Shown here: piece after piece, positions 1 to 9,707 of the stretch | Layout: the number at the start of each line of letters is the position of its first letter | How positions within the stretch are numbered: the stretch's first letter is position 1 | Assembly: GCF_027533505.1 (NCBI RefSeq) | Contig: NZ_JAPZUB010000056.1 | Location: 77-64,076, forward strand | Direction of reading: 5' to 3' | DNA: 64,000 bases | DNA from: Flavobacterium sp. | Lineage (GTDB): Bacteria; Bacteroidota; Bacteroidia; Flavobacteriales; Flavobacteriaceae | The notes under the pieces: generated by a model | What the model was told of the DNA's origin: nothing | Seen by the model: only the letters and a program-made list of their open reading frames with translations | Database searches by the model: none | Program-made: the position numbers and the translations under genes

Positions 1-27
1 AAACCCGTAACTTCCGTTTTGGGAGTG

Positions 28-60
28 CAAATATAGAAACCTATACACCCTATATCCAAA
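28..60 (-). promoter_or_regulatory. Bacteroidota sigma70-type promoter (TTTG-N21-TATATTTG) driving a gene beyond the left edge
   Basis: Plus strand CAAATATA at 28-35 and CAAA at 57-60 give minus-strand -7 and -33 boxes at consensus spacing. Confidence 0.6.
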
Positions 61-149
61 AAAAACGAAGATGAGTTATTAACAATTGTATAAAAATACA
101 ATAAGAAAGCTGTAGCCTATTAAAATGGTGTGCTTTACAAACCGAGATG

Positions 150-830
150 TTACTTTTTTGCTTTTAAATTTTGTGCTAATTTTTCCCAGTGGGCATTTAA
201 CTCGTCAAAATCAATTGGATTGGCTGCTTTCTGTTCTACCAATCTTCCTTCAACAAAAGCGCGATATAAAATAGTTTCTATCCAATAATCTTCATTGTCC
301 TCCAAAGGACGATAAGTGGCTTTAAGATTTAAATCAAATAAATGAGCCGTTGTATTTGACCAAAAGGCCTTCCAACCACTTTTATACTCTTTAATCAACT
401 CAAAAGTCGAAATACCTGTTTGTCGGTGTATCAATTTAATTAATATCTGCCCCTGCTTTCGGGATAACTTTTTTAAACGCGGTTTAAATTCTTCCTCCAA
501 ATAGGCTTCAACAATCTTCATATAGCGCCTTTTTTCTCGAGCCGTTTTCAAACTTCCTGCCGTCTTTCGGATTGCCATTAACTTTTCGGCCGTTAACTTT
601 GCATAGGGATACACCTTAAAAACCCTATTTTGAAGTAGTAAAAATGCTTTTTTGTCTTCTTCATTCATCGCATTTTTTGAAATCAACACTTCATCCAGTA
701 AAATAGTATCAATGGTTACCGTATCAATCGCTACCGTTTGTGAGGATGTCGATGGAACAGAAGGCTTATCGTCTTGTGCATGAAGATGACAAGAAAAAAG
801 GAACAAAAAAAATGCAGCTATAACTCTCAT
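150..830 (-). CDS. DUF4294-family secreted protein
   Basis: The ORF extends to 878, but ATG at 830 gives a signal-peptide-like start (MRVIAAFFLFLFSCHLHAQ). The core RVFKVYPYAK...LIKLIHRQTG...KAFW is typical of this Bacteroidota family. Confidence 0.75.
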   Translation of the reverse strand: MRVIAAFFLFLFSCHLHAQDDKPSVPSTSSQTVAIDTVTIDTILLDEVLISKNAMNEEDKKAFLLLQNRVFKVYPYAKLTAEKLMAIRKTAGSLKTAREKRRYMKIVEAYLEEEFKPRLKKLSRKQGQILIKLIHRQTGISTFELIKEYKSGWKAFWSNTTAHLFDLNLKATYRPLEDNEDYWIETILYRAFVEGRLVEQKAANPIDFDELNAHWEKLAQNLKAKK

Positions 831-907
831 AAAATCGAATACAAAATTATACAAAACCATATACAACTGTAGTGCCAAATCTTTATTTTAGCCCAAAAAA
901 CATTTCT

Positions 908-1996
908 ATGGGCAAAAAAACCTTACTCAACAAAGCATCACTTCATTTTTTGGAAAACTATTTAAACAATGCATCGCCGACAGGATATGAATCGGAAGGG
1001 CAACGTTTGTGGATGGACTATTTAAAACCCTATGTGGATACCTTTATCACCGACACCTACGGAACGGCTGTTGGGGTAATTAATCCAGAGGCAAGTTATC
1101 GGGTGGTTATTGAAGGCCATTCCGATGAGATTTCATGGTACGTAAATTATATTACAGATAATGGTTTAATTTATGTGATCCGTAATGGCGGTTCCGATCA
1201 TCAAATTGCCCCTTCCAAACGCGTTAACATTCACACCAAAAAAGGAATTGTTAAAGGAGTCTTTGGATGGCCTGCGATTCACACCCGAAATCGTGGGAAA
1301 GAAGAGTCGGCTTCATTGCACAACATTTTCATTGACGTAGGTTGTGCCACCAAAGAAGAAGTAGAAAAATTGGGCATTCATGTAGGCTGTGTTATCACCT
1401 ACCCCGATGAATTCATGGTTTTAAATGGCGATAAGTTTGTATGCCGGGCCTTGGATAATCGGATGGGGGGATTTATGATTGCAGAGGTCGCACGATTGTT
1501 GAAGGAAAACAAGAAAAAACTTCCCTTTGGACTTTATATTGTCAATTCGGTGCAAGAGGAAATTGGTTTGCGAGGCGCTGAAATGATTACTCAAACTTTA
1601 AAACCTAATGTAGCTATTGTTACTGATGTTTGCCATGACACTTCTACTCCGATGATTGAGAAGAAAATCGAAGGAGATTTACAAATTGGCAAAGGTCCTG
1701 TTGTAGCCTACGCCCCAGCGGTTCAGAATAAATTAAGAGATTTGATAACCGATACGGCAACTGTGTGCAACATTCCTTTTCAACGTCATGCGACTTCGAG
1801 AGTAACAGGAACCGACACCGATGCGTTTGCCTATAGTAATGGTGGTGTTGCTTCAGCCTTAATTTCACTTCCGTTACGTTATATGCACACAACTGTTGAA
1901 ATGGTACATCGTGACGATGTTGAACATGTGATTCAGCTTATTTATGAAACTCTTTTACGCATCGAGGATCAACACAATTTTTCCTATTTTAAATAA
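908..1996 (+). CDS. M42 family metallo-aminopeptidase
   Basis: Motifs GHSDEI, RALDNRMG, QEEIGLRGA, DVCHD, GTDTD and RYMHT. The ORF opens at 872; ATG at 908 is the likelier start. Confidence 0.9.
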   Translation: MGKKTLLNKASLHFLENYLNNASPTGYESEGQRLWMDYLKPYVDTFITDTYGTAVGVINPEASYRVVIEGHSDEISWYVNYITDNGLIYVIRNGGSDHQIAPSKRVNIHTKKGIVKGVFGWPAIHTRNRGKEESASLHNIFIDVGCATKEEVEKLGIHVGCVITYPDEFMVLNGDKFVCRALDNRMGGFMIAEVARLLKENKKKLPFGLYIVNSVQEEIGLRGAEMITQTLKPNVAIVTDVCHDTSTPMIEKKIEGDLQIGKGPVVAYAPAVQNKLRDLITDTATVCNIPFQRHATSRVTGTDTDAFAYSNGGVASALISLPLRYMHTTVEMVHRDDVEHVIQLIYETLLRIEDQHNFSYFK

Positions 1997-2001
1997 TAAC
2001 G

Positions 2002-2030
2002 AAGGGCTGTCTATAGAAGACAGCCCTTTT
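2002..2030 (+). terminator. Intrinsic terminator after the M42 peptidase
   Basis: AAGGGCTGTCT-ATAGA-AGACAGCCCTT, a perfect 11-bp stem followed by T residues. Confidence 0.8.
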
Positions 2031-2046
2031 CCTTAATAACCAGGGA

Positions 2047-2490
2047 TTATAAAATCTCTTTACCCACTACCCCAGCCGGTTGAGAAACAGGAACCAAGGG
2101 TCGTACTATCGGTAAGGAATAGTCCTCTTGTTGTTGCCATTGATTGCTTTCGATAACTGATTCATTAAATCGAACCATATCCTCCAACGTAGGCTCTATT
2201 GTTAACCATTGATAGGATTGAGGCGAGGTGTCGGTAATTTTATAGCCTTCTTCGATTTCCTCTTCAGTCGATTTTTGATAATGCCCCACAACCGGAGCCA
2301 ACACATATTGAAGGGTTTGCGCATCAATTTCAGACGCTGTTTCAGGTTTACTTATTTTTTCCTTTGCCACAAAAGCCGTAACATTTGAATCCTCAGCTTC
2401 CATTTGAAATTGTTCTAAATCGCCGTGCGCTAAGGCAAAATTACTTATGAATAAAACGGCTAATCCTAAATACATTTTTGTTGTTTTCAT
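2047..2490 (-). CDS. Hypothetical secreted acidic protein
   Basis: 147-aa ORF with an N-terminal signal peptide (MKTTKMYLGLAVLFISNFALA); no recognisable domain. Confidence 0.65.
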   Translation of the reverse strand: MKTTKMYLGLAVLFISNFALAHGDLEQFQMEAEDSNVTAFVAKEKISKPETASEIDAQTLQYVLAPVVGHYQKSTEEEIEEGYKITDTSPQSYQWLTIEPTLEDMVRFNESVIESNQWQQQEDYSLPIVRPLVPVSQPAGVVGKEIL

Positions 2491-2590
2491 GATCCTATTA
2501 ATTTAGTGTGATTGATGATGATTAAAATACCTTGCATAACCTAGTAGCCTTGTCAGCGTTGACATAATTAACTGCTCGATTATATACTAC

Positions 2591-2618
2591 TAGACGATAC
2601 TTCGAAACTGTTGTTACA
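2591..2618 (-). promoter_or_regulatory. ECF-sigma-type promoter (TGTAAC-N16-CGTCTA) upstream of the hypothetical secreted protein
   Basis: Plus strand TAGACG at 2591-2596 and GTTACA at 2613-2618, 16 nt apart; fits the AAC/CGT ECF consensus. Confidence 0.5.
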
Positions 2619-2647
2619 AAAAAAGGCCGCTTTTTTGAAGCGACCTT
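2618..2647 (-). terminator. Intrinsic terminator after purC
   Basis: AAGGCCGCTT/AAGCGACCTT stem with one mismatch and a T-run on the minus strand. Confidence 0.6.
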
Positions 2648-2670
2648 GTAATTTTAATATTCCATTAACA

Positions 2671-3621
2671 TTAGCGTTCTTGTAAATATGCATTTACATT
2701 ATGTGCAATTCGCTCCTCAAGACTTTCTAGATCGGCTTTGACAAACTTTTCTCCCATAATCGTCTCATATAATTCGATATAACGTTCAGAGACAGAGTTA
2801 ACATATTCTTCAGACATTTCCGGGATGGTTTGCCCCTCTTTCCCTTGAAAATTATGGGCAATTAACCATTGACGGACAAATTCTTTGGATAATTGTTTTT
2901 GAGCTTCGCCATTCTCTTGTCGTTCTTCATACCCTTCGGCATAAAAATAACGTGACGAATCAGGCGTATGGATTTCATCAATAAGTACGATTTCACCTGA
3001 TTTCGTTTTACCAAACTCATATTTGGTATCCACCAGAATCAAACCACGGGCTGCTGCAATTTCGGTGCCCCGTTGAAACAGTGCACGTGTGTATTTTTCG
3101 AGTATTAAATAATCTTCCTCCGAGACAATACCATTGGCTAAAATGGCTTCTCTGGAAATATCCTCATCATGCACTCCAAAATCAGCTTTGGTAGTGGGTG
3201 TAATTATGGGTTCAGGAAAGCGGTCATTTTCTTTCATGCCTTCTGGTAAATCTACGCCACATAGCTTACGTTTTCCAGCCGCATATTCTCGAGCAGCATG
3301 TCCTGATAGATACCCACGTACTACCATTTCTACTTTAAAAGGTGTGCAAAGATGTCCCACGGCTACATTGGGATCGGGTGTTGCCAATAACCAATTGGGC
3401 ACAATATCGGAGGTCAACTCCATAAAACGGGTTGCGATTTGATTTAAAATTTGACCTTTATACGGTATTCCTTTGGGTAAAACGACATCAAAAGCGGAGA
3501 GACGATCGGTGGCAATCATGACCAAAATCGCATCGTTAATAGTATACACCTCGCGAACTTTTCCGCGATATACAGATTTTTGTCCCGGGAACTGGAACTG
3601 GGTACTCGTAAGTGTTTGCAT
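2671..3621 (-). CDS. purC: Phosphoribosylaminoimidazolesuccinocarboxamide (SAICAR) synthase
   Basis: Motifs [35 protein letters not shown] and SKEFVRQW. Confidence 0.95.
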   Translation of the reverse strand: MQTLTSTQFQFPGQKSVYRGKVREVYTINDAILVMIATDRLSAFDVVLPKGIPYKGQILNQIATRFMELTSDIVPNWLLATPDPNVAVGHLCTPFKVEMVVRGYLSGHAAREYAAGKRKLCGVDLPEGMKENDRFPEPIITPTTKADFGVHDEDISREAILANGIVSEEDYLILEKYTRALFQRGTEIAAARGLILVDTKYEFGKTKSGEIVLIDEIHTPDSSRYFYAEGYEERQENGEAQKQLSKEFVRQWLIAHNFQGKEGQTIPEMSEEYVNSVSERYIELYETIMGEKFVKADLESLEERIAHNVNAYLQER

Positions 3622-3782
3622 TTGTGTTGTGTTGTTGTGAGGTGCAAAAGTAATTTATTGGTTAAAAATAATCAATCAGAGCGCAAAATTTATTGAAATG
3701 AATTGTACAATGGATATGAAAAGAATGCCGATTCAACTATTTTTTTTAAATAAATATGTGTTTGCGAATAGACTACAAAATG

Positions 3783-3815
3783 AAAAAGGCTTCCTCATTC
3801 ATTAACAGGGAGCCT
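3783..3815 (-). terminator. Intrinsic terminator after phoH
   Basis: AGGCTTCCT...AGGGAGCCT stem with a T5 tail on the minus strand. Confidence 0.55.
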
Positions 3816-3840
3816 AATTCATATCTAAAATAGTCTTTCA

Positions 3841-4791
3841 TTAATCTTGGTTTTCGATTCGTTTGTAAGCATCGATAATTTTTTTGACCAAACGATGACG
3901 CACAATATCTTTATCATCCAAGTACAAAATACCCACACCTTCTACATCTTTCAAAATCAAAAGTGCTTCCTTCAATCCTGAAATGGTTCGTCGCGGTAAA
4001 TCGACCTGTCCTGGATCTCCGGTGATAATGAACTTGGCATTTTTCCCCATACGCGTCAAAAACATTTTCATCTGAGAATGGGTCGTATTTTGGGCTTCAT
4101 CCAAAATTACAAAGGCATTATCCAACGTACGCCCGCGCATAAAGGCCAAGGGTGCAATTTGAATAATCCCCTTTAGAAGATAATCCTCCAAGGTTTGAGG
4201 GGGAATCATATCGCGTAAGGCATCATATAGCGGTTGCATGTAGGGATCCAGTTTTTCTTTCATATCGCCCGGCAAAAAACCAAGATTTTCCCCTGCTTCT
4301 ACGGCGGGACGTGTTAGAATGATTCGCTTGACTTGTTTTTCCTTCAACGCTTTAACCGCCAATGCCACTCCGGTGTAGGTTTTACCCGTACCAGCGGGCC
4401 CCACAGCAAAAACCATATCATTTTTCAGTACAGATTCCACCAATTTTTGTTGGTTAGGTGTAATGGCTTTGATTAGCTTTCCCCCCAAGCCATGGACCAA
4501 AATTTTGTCGTGGTCGGGCATCCGTTGTTCCTCAAAAGAATTACTTTGAATAACCCGATCGATAACATTGGTGTCAATATTATTGTAGCGGGTAAAATGC
4601 AACATCAATCGGTTAAAACGGGTTTCAAATTCGTCCAACTCTTCTTTTTCACCAAAAGCTTTTAAAGTGGTTCCCCTTGCAACTATTTTTAGCTTGGGAT
4701 AATATTTTTTGATGGTCTCTAAATGAGCATCTTGAGCGCCCCAAAATTCTTTTGGAGCGATGTCGTGCAGTTCGATGATACGTTCGTTCAA
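3841..4791 (-). CDS. phoH: PhoH-family (PhoH2/YbeZ-like) ATPase
   Basis: Motifs GPAGTGKT, LTRPAVEAGE, LGFLPG, RGRTL and DEAQN. The ORF opens at 4845; TTG at 4791 (MNERIIEL) is the likelier start. Confidence 0.92.
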   Translation of the reverse strand: MNERIIELHDIAPKEFWGAQDAHLETIKKYYPKLKIVARGTTLKAFGEKEELDEFETRFNRLMLHFTRYNNIDTNVIDRVIQSNSFEEQRMPDHDKILVHGLGGKLIKAITPNQQKLVESVLKNDMVFAVGPAGTGKTYTGVALAVKALKEKQVKRIILTRPAVEAGENLGFLPGDMKEKLDPYMQPLYDALRDMIPPQTLEDYLLKGIIQIAPLAFMRGRTLDNAFVILDEAQNTTHSQMKMFLTRMGKNAKFIITGDPGQVDLPRRTISGLKEALLILKDVEGVGILYLDDKDIVRHRLVKKIIDAYKRIENQD

Positions 4792-4898
4792 ATGCCGTGG
4801 TTTTAGGGTTAAAAATTCCTTAGAATTACTTAGCTTTGCATGCATCTCAAATTTAAGAAAGACTGCGGTTTGTTCCCAAATTAGTTATAAACAATTTT

Positions 4899-5720
4899 AT
4901 GTCAATAATTACCCTTACTACCGATTTTGGACACAAAGATTATTTTGTGGGTGCATTAAAAGGGCAGTTGTATACACACTATCCTGAGGTGCGGATTGTG
5001 GATTTATCGCATGAAGTTGCCGCTTTTGACTTGGCGCAGGCCAGCTATCTTGTGGGAGCCGGTTACCGTCATTTTCCGAAAGGAACTGTTCATATCATAG
5101 GTGTTGATGCAGGAAGAACACCTTCCAAAAGGCATATTGCTGCGCTGTGGGAGGGACATTATTTTATTGCGGCTGACAATGGCGTATTGGGTATGATTTT
5201 CCGTAAAAAAGTTCCCGAAACACTTGTCGAAATTACGATACACGATCGATTGCATGAGCAAGCGACTGACATGGAGGTTTTTGCCACAGTTGCGGTACAT
5301 TTAGGCAAAGGAGGGGCACTCAGTGTGATTGGAAAAACCATTACAACACTTAATGAAGTGACCGAACTGCAACCCGTTATTGATCAGGAACAGCGTCAAC
5401 TGAAAGGCTATGTGATGTATATTGATCATTTTGGCAATGCGGTGACCAACATTGAGCAGTCTATGTTTGTGGAATCCGCAAGAGGACGTTCGTATGAAAT
5501 CCTTGTAAAACGCGAAAAACTAAAAACAATATTCCCGCATTATCATGCCATTGAAGCCCTGGACGCTAAAATCGACCATGCTGGGAAAACAATGGCTATT
5601 TTTAATGAAGCTGGATATTTAGAAATTGGCATCTACAAAAGCACCTTACATACTGGAAATGCCGCTAGTTTGTTGGGATTACGCTATCGAGATGCCATTT
5701 GGATTGAATTTAAATCATAA
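4899..5720 (+). CDS. SAM hydrolase / SAM-dependent halogenase superfamily protein (DUF62)
   Basis: Motifs ITLTTDFG, FPKGTVH...VD, AADNG and IDHFGNAVTN. Confidence 0.85.
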   Translation: MSIITLTTDFGHKDYFVGALKGQLYTHYPEVRIVDLSHEVAAFDLAQASYLVGAGYRHFPKGTVHIIGVDAGRTPSKRHIAALWEGHYFIAADNGVLGMIFRKKVPETLVEITIHDRLHEQATDMEVFATVAVHLGKGGALSVIGKTITTLNEVTELQPVIDQEQRQLKGYVMYIDHFGNAVTNIEQSMFVESARGRSYEILVKREKLKTIFPHYHAIEALDAKIDHAGKTMAIFNEAGYLEIGIYKSTLHTGNAASLLGLRYRDAIWIEFKS

Positions 5721-5725
5721 CTATT

Positions 5726-6022
5726 ATGTTGGTTCGTATTGTAAAGCTCTCTTTTCATGAGGAGCATATTCCCACTTTTTTGACGCAATTTGAACTCATG
5801 AAATCCCACATTCGAAACAGTCCCGGCAATCGCTTATTGGAGTTGTACCAAGATGTTCAAAATCCAGGGGTTTTCTTTACTTACAGTTATTGGGATGATG
5901 AAACTGCTTTAAATCAGTATCGGCAATCGGCCTTATTTGATGAAATTTGGACGTTTACCAAAAAACTTTTCAACGACAAACCCGAAGCTTGGAGTGTGAA
6001 TAAATTAGTAAGTTTGCAATAA
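5726..6022 (+). CDS. Antibiotic-biosynthesis-monooxygenase (ABM) family protein
   Basis: 98 aa with a dimeric alpha-beta barrel pattern (PG..LLELYQD...FFTYS.W...AL..YR.S.LF). Confidence 0.8.
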   Translation: MLVRIVKLSFHEEHIPTFLTQFELMKSHIRNSPGNRLLELYQDVQNPGVFFTYSYWDDETALNQYRQSALFDEIWTFTKKLFNDKPEAWSVNKLVSLQ

Positions 6023-6062
6023 ATTTAAAAGACTGCGTTTACCTAGTAAGGAAAAATATACT

Positions 6063-6788
6063 ATGAAATCAATACTATTCAGAGAAATAAAATCGTTTTT
6101 CGGCGCTCCAGTAGGCTACTTGGTTATCGCCATTTTTTTGCTTTTGAACGGTTTATTTCTTTGGATTTTTGAAGGAGAATTCAACATTCTCAACAGTGGT
6201 TTTGCCGATATGACTCCCTTTTTCACTTTGGCGCCATGGATTTTATTGTTTTTAATACCTGCGGTGACCATGCGAAGTTTCTCGGATGAAAAAAAACAAG
6301 GTACCCTCGAATTATTACTTACCAAACCCTTGAGTCTTTGGCAAATTGTGGGTGGCAAATTTTTGGGAGCGGTTGTCCTCATTGCCCTTGCTATAGTGCC
6401 TACGCTACTTTATGCATTTGTGTTAAATGATATGGGAATGAAAGACAATCCATTTGATTTTGGGAGTACTGTTGGTGCCTATTTTGGATTGTTATTTTTA
6501 ATTTCAGGCTACGCTGCTATTGGGATTTTCACTTCTACGCTGTCTGAAAATCAAATTGTAGCTTTTATACTTTCTGTATTTCTATGTTTTCTTTTTTATT
6601 ATGGATTTGAAGGGGTCGCCGTGTTTTTTGGATCGGCTGGTGACTACATCTCAAGAATAGGTATGGAGTACCATTTTAAAAGTATGGGTAAAGGGGTTTT
6701 GGATACCCGTGACATTCTCTATTTTTCCTCTGTTGCTTTCTTTTTCTTATCGTTAACCGTTTACCAATTAAAAGGTCTTAAATCATAA
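6063..6788 (+). CDS. gldF: Gliding motility ABC transporter permease GldF
   Basis: Multi-TM protein with TMRSFSDEKKQGTLELLLTKP and GVLDTRD; directly upstream of gldG. Confidence 0.93.
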   Translation: MKSILFREIKSFFGAPVGYLVIAIFLLLNGLFLWIFEGEFNILNSGFADMTPFFTLAPWILLFLIPAVTMRSFSDEKKQGTLELLLTKPLSLWQIVGGKFLGAVVLIALAIVPTLLYAFVLNDMGMKDNPFDFGSTVGAYFGLLFLISGYAAIGIFTSTLSENQIVAFILSVFLCFLFYYGFEGVAVFFGSAGDYISRIGMEYHFKSMGKGVLDTRDILYFSSVAFFFLSLTVYQLKGLKS

Positions 6789-8464
6789 TGAAGCAAAAAC
6801 AGGCAAAACAAATCGCCATCACGCTCGTATTGTTAATCGTAATCAATGTTTTGGGGAATTTGGTCTTCAAACGGTTTGACCTTACCGCTGACCATCGGTA
6901 TACCTTATCAGCTACTTCGATGACTATTGTAGATAAAGCAAAAGAACCGCTCTATATCGATGTATATTTGGAAGGAAGTTTTCCCGGTGAATTTAAAAAA
7001 CTACAAAGTGAAACCCAACAATTGCTAGAGGAGTTTAAAGCTAAAAACAGCAATATCATCTTTCAATTTATCAACCCTTTGGAAGATGAAAACACGTCTG
7101 AAGCCACCCTTCAAAAGTTATTTGAACGTGGTTTAACTCCCATAAATATCACGGTAAATCACAAAGGAAAACAAACCGAAGAGATGGTATTCCCTTGGGC
7201 CGAGGTTCGTTACGGCGATCGTGTAACCAAAGTCCCTCTCCTTAAAAACATGATGGGTGCCTCGACAGCGCAAAAAGTAGAGAGTTCGGTGCAACATTTA
7301 GAATATGCATTTGCCAACGGATTTAATACAGTGTTGGAAAAAAGACAGAAAAAAATTGCTGTTATCAAAGGGAATGGCGAATTGCACGAGTTGTTAATAG
7401 GCGATTTTCTCCGAACGGTCAAAGAAAATTATTTTATTGGCCCTTTCACCCTGGACTCTGTGGCAACCAATCCTGTAAAAACCAATTTCGATTTACAAAA
7501 ATATGATTTAGCCCTTATTGCCAAGCCCACGGAAGCCTTTACCGATGCGGAAAAACAAGTGCTTGATCAATATATGGTAAACGGTGGAAAATCCCTATGG
7601 TTATTAGATCAGGTGAATATTGAAATGGATAGTTTGATGACCACGGGTGAAGGATTGGCTTTTCCGAGGGACTTGAATCTGGATGATTTGTTCTTTAAAT
7701 ACGGTATACGTATCAAACGTGACTTGGTTAAAGATGTCATGGCATGTCCGATCACCTTGGCCACGGGGCAACAAGGCAATGCTACACAATACAATCAGTA
7801 TCCTTGGCTGTATGCTCCCGCTGTGTATGCAGATGCCAAAAATCCGATTGTAACCAATTTGGACGTAATTAAATTTGATTTCTGTACCCCAATCGAACTT
7901 TTACAGAATTCCATACAAAAAACGGTATTACTTCACTCCTCACCCTATTCAAAAGCGGTGGGCACACCTATTCCCGTAGCTTTAAATATGGTAGCCGAAC
8001 GTCCTGAGCCGGCTTCCTTTCCGAAGGGTGGCGGGTTGATTCCGTTGGCAGTATTGTTGGAGGGACAAATGCATTCGGTCTATGAAAACCGTATCCCCGC
8101 TTTTAAAGACGCCAATTTCAAATCCGTTGGAAAACCGGGAAAAATGATTGTCATTGCCGATGGAGATGTCATTCGAAACCAATACGATAAAAACTACCAA
8201 CCTTTAGAATTAGGCTATGATAAATGGACTGGTAAAATGTATGCCAACAAAGAGTTTTTACTCAATTGCGTCAATTATTTATTAGACGACACGGGACTTA
8301 TCAACATCCGAAATAAAGAGGTGAAGTTAGCCCTATTGGATACTGAAAAAGTCAAAGAGAAGTACACCTTTACGCAAATCGTTACTGTGGTATCGCCCTT
8401 AGTGATTTTAGGTGTTTTCGGACTGTTTTTTACACTACTTCGCAAACGTCGTTATGCCCGCTAG
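6788..8464 (+). CDS. gldG: Gliding motility ABC transporter accessory protein GldG
   Basis: Motifs RFDLT.D.RYTLS and N.EFLLNCVNYLLDD plus a C-terminal TM; TAATG coupling with gldF. Confidence 0.93.
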   Translation: MKQKQAKQIAITLVLLIVINVLGNLVFKRFDLTADHRYTLSATSMTIVDKAKEPLYIDVYLEGSFPGEFKKLQSETQQLLEEFKAKNSNIIFQFINPLEDENTSEATLQKLFERGLTPINITVNHKGKQTEEMVFPWAEVRYGDRVTKVPLLKNMMGASTAQKVESSVQHLEYAFANGFNTVLEKRQKKIAVIKGNGELHELLIGDFLRTVKENYFIGPFTLDSVATNPVKTNFDLQKYDLALIAKPTEAFTDAEKQVLDQYMVNGGKSLWLLDQVNIEMDSLMTTGEGLAFPRDLNLDDLFFKYGIRIKRDLVKDVMACPITLATGQQGNATQYNQYPWLYAPAVYADAKNPIVTNLDVIKFDFCTPIELLQNSIQKTVLLHSSPYSKAVGTPIPVALNMVAERPEPASFPKGGGLIPLAVLLEGQMHSVYENRIPAFKDANFKSVGKPGKMIVIADGDVIRNQYDKNYQPLELGYDKWTGKMYANKEFLLNCVNYLLDDTGLINIRNKEVKLALLDTEKVKEKYTFTQIVTVVSPLVILGVFGLFFTLLRKRRYAR

Positions 8465-8503
8465 TGTTAATAAAAAAACTTTTTTTAATCATCCGCTTTA
8501 GGA

Positions 8504-8511
8504 TATATTTG
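8504..8511 (+). promoter_or_regulatory. -7 promoter box (TATATTTG) for dnaN
   Basis: Matches Bacteroidota TAnnTTTG and ends 15 nt before the dnaN ATG. Confidence 0.6.
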
Positions 8512-8526
8512 TAAAAAATAAAAAAA

Positions 8527-9645
8527 ATGAAATTCATTGTATCGAGTTCGTATTTATTAAAGCAACTTCAAGTTTTAGGAAGTGTTATCAACAGCAGCAA
8601 TACCTTGCCGATTTTAGATAATTTCCTGTTTGAATTGAACCAAAATGCGCTTACCGTTTCGGCCTCTGATCTAGAAACTACGATGTCAGCAACCCTTGAA
8701 ATTGAGTCTACCAATACAGGAAGTGTTGCGGTGCCTGCCAAGTTGTTGTTGGATATCTTAAAAACGTTTCCCGAGCAACCGCTAACCTTTACAGTGGAGG
8801 AAAACAATACCATCGAAATCAGTTCAAATTCAGGTAAATACGCATTAGCCTATGCGCCAGGAGAGGAGTTTCCAAAATCGGTACAGTTAGAAGATCCTTC
8901 CTCAACCCTTGTCCCCGCTGAAGTTTTGGCTACTGCGATTAGCAAAACTATTTTTGCTGCTGGAAATGACGACTTACGCCCAGTGATGTCGGGTGTGTTT
9001 TTCCAGTTTGCTCCAGAAGGATTAATTTTTGTGGCCACTGATGCGCACAAATTAGTAAAGTATGCTCGAACTGACGTTAGCGCTTCGCAAGTGGCTGATT
9101 TTATCATGCCCAAAAAACCGTTGAATATTTTAAAAAATATTTTGGGAACTTCAGACGCGGAAGTGAAAATCGAATACAACGATTCTAACGCCACGTTCTC
9201 TTTTGAAAATTACATTTTAACTTGTCGTTTGATTGATGGCAAGTATCCCAACTACGAAGCGGTGATACCTAAGGAAAACCCTAATAAGTTGATTATTGAT
9301 CGCACACAATTCTTTAACTCGGTACGTCGTGTGGCTATTTTTTCCAACAAAACCACCCACCAAATTCGATTGAAAATTGCCGGTGCCGAATTGAATATTT
9401 CAGCGGAAGATATCGATTACAGCAACAAAGCTGAGGAGCGTTTGACGTGTGATTATCAAGGTGATGACATGCAAATCGGGTTTAACTCCCGCTTTTTATT
9501 AGAAATGCTTTCCAACCTACAATCGGATGAAATTCAATTGGAAATGTCTATGCCTAACCGCGCTGGAATTCTGACGCCTGTCGATGGTTTGGATGAAGGC
9601 GAAACCGTTACTATGTTGGTGATGCCTGTGATGTTGAACAACTAA
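8527..9645 (+). CDS. dnaN: DNA polymerase III beta sliding clamp
   Basis: 372 aa with NTLPILDN, DDLRPVMSG, ATDAHKL, RLIDGKYPNY and IGFNSRFL. Confidence 0.97.
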   Translation: MKFIVSSSYLLKQLQVLGSVINSSNTLPILDNFLFELNQNALTVSASDLETTMSATLEIESTNTGSVAVPAKLLLDILKTFPEQPLTFTVEENNTIEISSNSGKYALAYAPGEEFPKSVQLEDPSSTLVPAEVLATAISKTIFAAGNDDLRPVMSGVFFQFAPEGLIFVATDAHKLVKYARTDVSASQVADFIMPKKPLNILKNILGTSDAEVKIEYNDSNATFSFENYILTCRLIDGKYPNYEAVIPKENPNKLIIDRTQFFNSVRRVAIFSNKTTHQIRLKIAGAELNISAEDIDYSNKAEERLTCDYQGDDMQIGFNSRFLLEMLSNLQSDEIQLEMSMPNRAGILTPVDGLDEGETVTMLVMPVMLNN

Positions 9646-9678
9646 ATAAAACACTAACCCAACCTTTTATACTGAAAG

Positions 9679-9707
9679 AAGCCGCTTGTTTAAAGCGGCT
9701 TTTTTTT
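9679..9707. terminator. Bidirectional terminator between dnaN and the Usp gene
   Basis: AAGCCGCTT-GTTTA-AAGCGGCTT followed by a T-run, between convergent genes. Confidence 0.8.

Noticed and set aside
4899-5720. Fluorinase or chlorinase activity
   Set aside because: The family assignment alone does not imply halogenation; most members are SAM hydrolases.
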